A DNA stretch of 64,000 bases from Leptospirillum sp. (GTDB lineage Bacteria > Nitrospirota > Leptospirillia > Leptospirillales > Leptospirillaceae). The first letter of the stretch is position 1. Every line of letters starts with the position of its first letter. Position numbers and translations under genes: made by a program. Shown in pieces: positions 58,596-64,000 of the stretch. The stretch lies in assembly GCA_027346125.1 (NCBI GenBank), contig DAIEST010000174.1, forward strand, positions 1,167-65,166, in the 5' to 3' direction. The notes under the pieces were generated by a model. It was not told the DNA's origin. It saw only the letters and a list, made by a program, of their open reading frames with translations, and made no database searches.

Positions 58596-60904
58596 AGTCG
58601 TCCATGCGCCTGCAGGAAGTGGCCGATGTGGGAGTGCTCTCTCCGCACGTGGGAGACAGCCTCGTTTTCAACGGAAAGGCCTGGCAGAACCGGTCTTCCA
58701 TCAATCCCGGGAACGCAGGGTCTTTCAACACCTTCTTCGCTCCCCAGAAGCTCCTCGTCTATTACGGGTATCCCATCGCCTTCCAGAATCTCTGGGACGT
58801 GCAGGAAATCATCACCCGCATTTCCAAATGGGATATCTGGGTGTGCGGAGCCGGTTACGAGAACCCGAACGATTCCAACTATTCCACCACGACGAAGATC
58901 ATTGCCGGGGTCCGGGCCCTTGGGACCAAGGTCTACGGATATGTGACCATCGGTGGGCCTCCTTTGGCCACGCTTTCCCAGATCCAGCAGAACGTAACGT
59001 GGTGGGCCAATATCGGAGTCGACGGGATCTTTTTCGACAGTGCGGGATTCGATTTCTCCGGGGTGACGCGGGAGCTCCAGATCGGGGCCAAACAGGCCGC
59101 TCAATCCTACAATCTTCCGGTTGCCTGGAACGCCTACTACTTCGAGCATGTGGCGGCCGACAACATCACGCAGGTGACGTGGCCTTCTTCGGCCTCCCGT
59201 TATCAGGAATTTCAGACGGCCAATCCCAACAATCTCGTCCTTCCCCGCGATAGCGGGGACGTGTATGTTTTCGAGGACTTCGGGTGCGACTCCAATGGGG
59301 TCAATGCGTCCAATCCCTCGAACTCGAATATGGATGATCTCCAGTTCCACCAGAAAGCGATGCAGGTGGTGTGGGGTCAGCCACAGGTCATCTTCGGCCA
59401 GTCTTCCATCCCTCCGGATCCTCCTCTGGCAGAATTCGAAGTGTGGGCCATCGTGACATTACCCGTCACCGACAATACGGGACAGTCTCCCAATTTCTCG
59501 ATTCTGGGAAATCTTCAGACCGTCCAGGAGATTGTCGAGTATTTCTGGGCCTGTGCCTACCTCTATGTGAACACCGGAAAGCTCACGGCTCCATACATCA
59601 CGGCTGTCTGCATCTCGGGGTCCAATTACGGCGCGTGGGGATATTCCATCGAAACGCCGAGGATGCTTCTGGCCGATGTTCTCCTGGGGGGATTTGTGCT
59701 CGATTCGATGCCGAGCGCGGATTATGGCCATCATACCTTCACGCGGCAGATCGGCCCCCAGGCGACCCTCGAAGTGGTGACCAATCTGGCGCTTCCTCCC
59801 AACCCCCCGGCCCTCGCGGTGACGTCCGGGAATCTTCCGGCAGGAACCTACTACTACAAGATCACGCGGAGTTCCTCGTACGGGGAGACACTCCCGAGCA
59901 CCGAGGTTTCCATCACCCTGACGGCCCCGGGGGGAGTGCGGATCGATTGGGGGAACACCTCGGCCAGTGGATGGGAAAAGTCTTTCACGGTCTATGGGCG
60001 GTCGAGCGGATCCGAGGGATATCTCCAGAATGTCCAGGTGGTCAATGCCACTCACTGGGTCGATGACGGCTCCGTGACGCCGACCGGAAGCGTCCCCACC
60101 CAGAACACGGCCTATGAGTTTGTGCCCCGGTTCAGCAATCTCTTCTTCACCGGCATCACCCAGGCGACGGAAGCCCAGGGAGGCTACGCCCTTGTGGGAG
60201 GCAATCCCAACCAGGCCTTCCAGGTCGGAACGGCGTCGAGCCAGACGGATGCCGTTCCTTTGGGGCAAGCCCAATCCGATTTTGCCCCCAAAGGCGGCTC
60301 TCCATCGGAAACGTTCGAAGCGGCAAATGCCAGTCCCGGGACGCAGGAGGTCGTTCCGATCGCGCAGGGGGATGCCCGGTACGCGGCCATAGGTGGCAAT
60401 CCCTCCCAGGTCTTCCAGGCAGCGAATTCGGGTTCCGGGACGCAGCAGGTGGTCCCGCGTTCTCAGGCCGATTCCCTCTATGTTCCCTTGAGTGATCTTC
60501 CCCTTTCGATTGCGGATGGAGGGACCGGTGCGACAACGGCGGCCGCCGCGCTCTCGAATCTGGGGGGAATTACCGAAACGCAGGCCAACACACTTTACCC
60601 TTCCCTGACCGGATCCCTTTCCACTTCCTCGCCGGTCAGCGGAACGGTCTACCGGAACACCACTGGGCAGCCCATCACGATCCTGATGTCGGTAACTTAT
60701 AACCCGACTTCGACAGAAGCGGCAACGATGACCCCGGCTCTTGGAAGCACATCCACTCCGGGAAGTCTTCCGGACGAATCGGAACCGGCAGGATCCGTTG
60801 TGGGGAAAGCTCACAGTTATTTCCTTCGGGTTCCGGCCGGTTGGTATTACAGCTTCACGACCGTCAACGCAACTCTGGGCACCGCCCAGATTATTCAGGG
60901 ATAG
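58580..60904 (+). CDS. Tail spike/fibre with an N-terminal TIM-barrel glycosidase-like region
   Basis: 774 aa. The N-terminus YYGYP...KVYGYVTIGG...GVDGIFFDSAGFD is tentatively spherulin-4-like. There is an FN3-like module (LPAGTYYYKITR..GETLPS.EVSITL...), three repeats of about 33 aa, and GGTGATTAAAALSNLGG. Confidence 0.68.
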   Translation: MGDAVKSSMRLQEVADVGVLSPHVGDSLVFNGKAWQNRSSINPGNAGSFNTFFAPQKLLVYYGYPIAFQNLWDVQEIITRISKWDIWVCGAGYENPNDSNYSTTTKIIAGVRALGTKVYGYVTIGGPPLATLSQIQQNVTWWANIGVDGIFFDSAGFDFSGVTRELQIGAKQAAQSYNLPVAWNAYYFEHVAADNITQVTWPSSASRYQEFQTANPNNLVLPRDSGDVYVFEDFGCDSNGVNASNPSNSNMDDLQFHQKAMQVVWGQPQVIFGQSSIPPDPPLAEFEVWAIVTLPVTDNTGQSPNFSILGNLQTVQEIVEYFWACAYLYVNTGKLTAPYITAVCISGSNYGAWGYSIETPRMLLADVLLGGFVLDSMPSADYGHHTFTRQIGPQATLEVVTNLALPPNPPALAVTSGNLPAGTYYYKITRSSSYGETLPSTEVSITLTAPGGVRIDWGNTSASGWEKSFTVYGRSSGSEGYLQNVQVVNATHWVDDGSVTPTGSVPTQNTAYEFVPRFSNLFFTGITQATEAQGGYALVGGNPNQAFQVGTASSQTDAVPLGQAQSDFAPKGGSPSETFEAANASPGTQEVVPIAQGDARYAAIGGNPSQVFQAANSGSGTQQVVPRSQADSLYVPLSDLPLSIADGGTGATTAAAALSNLGGITETQANTLYPSLTGSLSTSSPVSGTVYRNTTGQPITILMSVTYNPTSTEAATMTPALGSTSTPGSLPDESEPAGSVVGKAHSYFLRVPAGWYYSFTTVNATLGTAQIIQG

Positions 60905-60908
60905 GAGG

Positions 60909-61223
60909 ATGGATAAAACGATGGACCAGGGGACATCCACCTATACGCTGTGGGCAAACGTGGGAGGGTGGCTTCTCGCCTTCTTTTTAGGAAAGAAAGC
61001 GCTGGGCGACAGGGACAAAAGACTGGACGACATGGAGGGCTGGCAAAAAGAACATCTTCATGACCATCCGAACATGAAAGAGCTCTTGCGGATGCACCAG
61101 GAGAATCGGGAAGTGAACCAGCAAATCTTGACGGCTTTGCAAAAACATCAGGAAGTGCATCGGGAAGACTTTCTTCTCATTAACCATCGGCTCGACAACC
61201 TGAACTTCAAGGAGAAGAAATGA
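60909..61223 (+). CDS. Single-pass membrane protein (holin candidate)
   Basis: ORF trimmed to ATG 60909 after AGGAGG. TM segment LWANVGGWLLAFFLG, directly upstream of the lysozyme gene. Confidence 0.45.
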   Translation: MDKTMDQGTSTYTLWANVGGWLLAFFLGKKALGDRDKRLDDMEGWQKEHLHDHPNMKELLRMHQENREVNQQILTALQKHQEVHREDFLLINHRLDNLNFKEKK

Positions 61224-61672
61224 AGCTGTCTGTGCAAGGGCTCAAGTTCATTCAGAACCAGGAAGGTCTTCGGCTATCTCCCTATCAGGATGTGGCCGGG
61301 AACTGGACGATCGGATACGGACACCTCATGACGGATGAAGAGATTTCCAAATGGCCTCCCGGGTCTTCCATCACCGAAGGGACAGCCCTCCTTCTCCTCG
61401 AGGCCGATGTGGAAGAGGCCGAGAACGAGGTCAATCAATTAGTCCATGTCCCCCTTTCTCAGAGCCAGTTCGACGCCCTGGTGGATTTCGTGTTCAACCT
61501 GGGGGGAGGAGCCCTTGAGCGTTCGACTCTTCTCGAGGACCTGAACGATGGACGCTACAACGCGGCGGCCGCCCAGATTCCCCTTTGGGACCATGCGGGG
61601 GGTCGGGTGGTGAAAGACCTCGAGCTCCGGCGCTTTGCCGAACAGCGGATGTTTTTGCAGGAGAGCGCATGA
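61220..61672 (+). CDS. Phage lysozyme (GH24, T4/lambda-R type fold)
   Basis: 150 aa. GLKFIQNQEGLRLSPYQDVAGNWTIGYGH, with the catalytic Glu in QEG. Confidence 0.9.
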   Translation: MKLSVQGLKFIQNQEGLRLSPYQDVAGNWTIGYGHLMTDEEISKWPPGSSITEGTALLLLEADVEEAENEVNQLVHVPLSQSQFDALVDFVFNLGGGALERSTLLEDLNDGRYNAAAAQIPLWDHAGGRVVKDLELRRFAEQRMFLQESA

Positions 61673-61750
61673 ATGGGATTCTGGCGCTCATGGTGGGCCT
61701 GGCTCTGCTCTTTTGCATCCGGGCCAACAATATCAACAAGGAGAGATGAG

Positions 61751-61984
61751 ATGAGTGGAATCGTAACCGAAACGGAAACCCTCGCGGACAAGGCCGAGGA
61801 TTGGGTGGAAAAGGAAGCCGGACTGATCGAGCACCGGATTATGACGACAAAGGTGTATCACAGCGCGGAGCATATTGCTGCCACGATTGACAAGTGGTTT
61901 GAGAGCGCCACAGCTTCGCTCGATACCGAGACGGCCAAGTACTACGGCGAAGCGACCACCCTGATCAAGGGGCTCTTCAAATGA
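61751..61984 (+). CDS. Hypothetical protein
   Basis: ORF 61673..61984 trimmed to ATG 61751 after AAGGAGAG. 77 aa. Confidence 0.4.
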   Translation: MSGIVTETETLADKAEDWVEKEAGLIEHRIMTTKVYHSAEHIAATIDKWFESATASLDTETAKYYGEATTLIKGLFK

Positions 61985-62256
61985 AATGGCTCAAGGACAT
62001 TCTGACCGAACGTGACGGAGAGACCTTTGAACTCTCGGCCGTTTTAGCGGCGTTCACGGTCGTGGGTTTTGTGGCCATGTCCGTCTGGAAAATGTGGGAG
62101 ACGCGCCAGTTCGATCCGGTGAGCTATGGAACAGGAGCCTCGGCCATCATCGGTGGCGGAGGCCTCTCCCGGCTTTTCAAGGGGAAGGTGGGAGATTACA
62201 CGACGACATTTCCCCGGCGTCCGGGCTTCGGTCCTGAAGGAGGGAACCCGTCATGA
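61981..62256 (+). CDS. Two-TM membrane protein (holin/antiholin candidate)
   Basis: 91 aa. LSAVLAAFTVVGFVAMSVW and GASAIIGGGGLSRLF hydrophobic segments. Confidence 0.45.
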   Translation: MKWLKDILTERDGETFELSAVLAAFTVVGFVAMSVWKMWETRQFDPVSYGTGASAIIGGGGLSRLFKGKVGDYTTTFPRRPGFGPEGGNPS

Positions 62257-62609
62257 TGTTCTTTCTGGCGAACTGGCAACGGATCCTGGTAGCAGTCGGG
62301 ATCCTGGCTGCCCTGGGATGGATCGGTTGGGACCGTTGGAGGCTCGACTACTACGAGGCGTGGACCCACCATTATGAAGCCGTCCAGAAGCGGAATGGTG
62401 AGGCGATCACCGCTCAGAACCGGGCGATCCGGCTGATGTGGCTCCGGGAAAAGACCTCAGAGGTGAAGGCGAAGAAAGCAGAGGTTACTGCGGAGAAGAT
62501 CCTGCAAACGGCAATTAGGATCAGTCAAGTACCCATCAAGTTCCCAAGTCATTCGGATTGCGATAAAGATGTCACGGAAACCTTTCAAAAAGTCCGGAGG
62601 ATCAAGTGA
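62253..62609 (+). CDS. i-spanin-like protein
   Basis: 118 aa. N-terminal TM (ILVAVGILAALGWIGW) followed by a charged helical periplasmic part. Confidence 0.5.
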   Translation: MMFFLANWQRILVAVGILAALGWIGWDRWRLDYYEAWTHHYEAVQKRNGEAITAQNRAIRLMWLREKTSEVKAKKAEVTAEKILQTAIRISQVPIKFPSHSDCDKDVTETFQKVRRIK

Positions 62610-62848
62610 CTAACATTCTTCCTTTCTCTCAGTTTGAAAGGGACCTCCCGCAACTCGTGGAACGATGTGATAAGGAAAAGGGAACTATCAAGGGAGTGCT
62701 CGTTCTCTTTGAGTATGAAAACGGGGACACCGATGCCCATTCTTATGGAAACCCGGACATTCGAATGATGATCGGAGAAATGTCGGGTGTGGAGCATCGG
62801 TTCTGGGAAGCGGTCCAGCAAATCCAGAAAGAGGAAGGAAGGTCATGA
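62606..62848 (+). CDS. Hypothetical protein
   Basis: 80-aa ORF between the two spanin candidates. Confidence 0.4.
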   Translation: MTNILPFSQFERDLPQLVERCDKEKGTIKGVLVLFEYENGDTDAHSYGNPDIRMMIGEMSGVEHRFWEAVQQIQKEEGRS

Positions 62849-63132
62849 AGGCAACGTGGTTGATCCTCCTCTTTATCTCCCTTCTGATGGTCGGTCTGAT
62901 TCTCACCGGCTGCACTCCTGTTTATGTCGATCGAAAGGTCGAGGTTCCGATCACGATTCCCTGCAAGATTCTTCTCCCCAAACTGGCAACGTTGCCATCG
63001 GATGAGCCGATGCCAGCAGGCCTCTCGGTCAAACAGAAGCGGGACTGGATGCTGTCGGCATTGTATCGGGATATTGTTTTGCAGAAGGGAGAGATCGACT
63101 CTTTAGAAAAAATTGTGACGAGTTGCCAGTGA
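62845..63132 (+). CDS. Lipoprotein (o-spanin candidate)
   Basis: 95 aa. Signal peptide with lipobox LILTGC. Confidence 0.5.
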   Translation: MKATWLILLFISLLMVGLILTGCTPVYVDRKVEVPITIPCKILLPKLATLPSDEPMPAGLSVKQKRDWMLSALYRDIVLQKGEIDSLEKIVTSCQ

Positions 63133-63209
63133 GTGGAATAAGGGAGAAAAACAGTGAAATAGGGTCTTCGGCATTTTTCCTCCTGGCATAATTGTGAAGG
63201 GATAAAACA

Positions 63210-63422
63210 ATGGAAAAATGCATCTTGCGGTTAAAGGAAGTAATCCAAATAACTGGCTTGTCCCGTTCAACCATTTATAAACTGATTAGCTCCGGAAAAT
63301 TTCCCAAGCCTTTGAAACTATCCCTCCGATCATCCGGATGGCTTATGTCGGATATCGATGATTGGATTCAGTCTCGAGTGGAGGCCCGAGAGCAAAGCAC
63401 TCATAACCCAGGAAGGTCATAA
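63210..63422 (+). CDS. alpA: AlpA-family HTH regulator / excisionase
   Basis: 70 aa. ILRLKEVIQITGLSRSTIYKLISSGKFPKPLKLSLRSSGWLMSDIDDWI is the classic AlpA/MerR-like pattern. Confidence 0.8.
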   Translation: MEKCILRLKEVIQITGLSRSTIYKLISSGKFPKPLKLSLRSSGWLMSDIDDWIQSRVEAREQSTHNPGRS

Positions 63423-63427
63423 AATCC

Positions 63428-63446
63428 TGTCACCATTTTGTCACCA
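63428..63446 (+). promoter_or_regulatory. Candidate integrase arm-type binding sites, P arm
   Basis: TGTCACCATTTTGTCACCA matches 24871-24889 at 18 of 19 positions, in the same orientation. Confidence 0.4.
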
Positions 63447-63527
63447 TTCCATGAATCATTTACGTTGATATGGGGTCATATGATCAGGCTGGAAGCCTTG
63501 AAAACAGGGACAGTCGGGAACATGGTT

Positions 63528-63558
63528 GCGGGTTCAATTCCCGCCGCCTCCACCATTT
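63528..63558 (+). repeat. attR core (31 bp; displaced original 3' end of ssrA)
   Basis: Identical to 24795-24825. Confidence 0.88.
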
Positions 63559-63598
63559 GATGATTCTGTACCATCCGAGAAAGTCCAGTAAGTGAATC

Positions 63599-63624
63599 AA
63601 GCCCGCGTAAAACCGGGCTTTTTT
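63599..63624 (+). terminator. Rho-independent terminator (original ssrA terminator)
   Basis: AAGCCCG-cgtaaaac-CGGGCTT followed by TTTT, 41 nt after attR. Confidence 0.6.
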
Positions 63625-64000
63625 CATGTCTTCTTGTCCCAAATGCCACTTACGAACACGGTGATACAAAATGCGAATGCCAAGAACAAACTGTTCAAGC
63701 CGAGAGAATCCAGTAAGTGAATCAAGCCCTTTCTTGAGGCCCGTTCGACCCCCAGATCTTCTGGAGAGAAGGACGAGACGAAATTTTCCTGGATGTCCTT
63801 TATCCAGATCTCCGCGGCAGCGTTTTTCCTCGCTGTTCGGGGAGAAGTCCCTTCCTGGGGAGGGCCAGGAGAGGCATAGACCCGTTCTTTCGTGATTTCT
63901 TCTTCGGAGAACGCGATGATAACGGACTCCGGCTCGCAGACTGTCCCACCCCTTTTTTGGCGGGAAAACCGGAGACGGGTGATCTCTTTCAGGGCTTTCT
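63624..64000 (-). CDS. Partial CDS (C-terminal about 125 codons; gene continues beyond the window)
   Basis: My hand translation of the minus strand is open from 64000 to the stop at 63626-63624 (...EPESVIIAFSEEEITKERVY...LNSLFLAFAFCITVFVSGIWDKKT). It is not in the ORF track because no start lies inside the window. Confidence 0.3.
   Translation of the reverse strand, partial: KALKEITRLRFSRQKRGGTVCEPESVIIAFSEEEITKERVYASPGPPQEGTSPRTARKNAAAEIWIKDIQENFVSSFSPEDLGVERASRKGLIHLLDSLGLNSLFLAFAFCITVFVSGIWDKKT

Larger units (their letters stand above)
24795..63558. mobile_element. Integrated temperate phage (prophage, about 38.8 kb) in the 3' end of ssrA
   Basis: The segment is bounded by a perfect 31-bp direct repeat. 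It contains integrase, an immunity region, and replication, packaging, virion and lysis modules. Confidence 0.9.

Noticed and set aside
60197-60490. Tandem DNA repeats of about 97 nt, considered as a CRISPR-like or VNTR element, or as a diversity-generating retroelement target.
   Set aside because: They are in-frame, imperfect protein repeats inside the tail-spike gene. The window has no spacer/repeat architecture, no reverse transcriptase gene and no template repeat.
63671-63895. 74-aa plus-strand ORF downstream of attR, and the 61-aa minus-strand ORF 63484..63669 covering attR.
   Set aside because: The first is Arg/Ser/Pro-rich and lies antisense to a longer open minus-strand frame. The second simply reads through the tmRNA-fragment repeat and the terminator.

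Overview
This window holds two things: about 24.4 kb of chromosome around a putative replication origin, and a prophage of about 38.8 kb inserted in the 3' end of the tmRNA gene. All calls were made by eye from the ORF track and the raw sequence. No searches, GC calculations or structure predictions were run, and family names rest on remembered motifs.

**Chromosome (1-24,460).** A minus-strand ilvB-ilvN-ilvC-psd-pssA-leuA-leuB-asd-nadA block runs into an AT-rich gap of about 530 bp. That gap carries DnaA-box-like 9-mers and is followed by dnaA-dnaN-gyrB-gyrA with no recF. Next come a TPR lipoprotein gene, queE, queC, pepA, smpB and ssrA (tmRNA, tag ANEELALAA).

**Prophage (24,795-63,558).**
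- It is bounded by a perfect 31-bp direct repeat of the tmRNA 3' end.
- The left arm carries integrase, an Xis-like gene and a recombination module (a single-strand annealing protein plus a PD-(D/E)XK nuclease).
- A lambda-like immunity region has two nearly identical promoter/operator modules, about 7.5 kb apart, built on TAGCA-N3-TGCTA palindromes.
- Rightward genes include cro, rusA, replication genes, terminase, portal and capsid genes. The tail genes look podovirus-like. There is also a PurD-like ATP-grasp gene, a lysis cassette and an AlpA-type gene at the right end.

**Most interesting region.** A visibly AT-rich island lies between the left promoter/operator (29.5 kb) and cI (36.3-37.0 kb), the position rexAB occupies in lambda. 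It encodes these products:
- a DGQHR (DndB/DpdB-like) protein with its own operator-flanked promoter;
- a convergent TcmP plus DUF5131 (Gp37/Gp68) pair;
- a remnant of a cytosine-5 DNA methyltransferase gene;
- a secreted papain-like peptidase;
- an NYN-domain nuclease behind a structured leader.

I propose the island as a candidate undescribed DNA-modification or anti-phage module expressed from the lysogen.

No CRISPR array, rRNA, tRNA or IS element was recognised.
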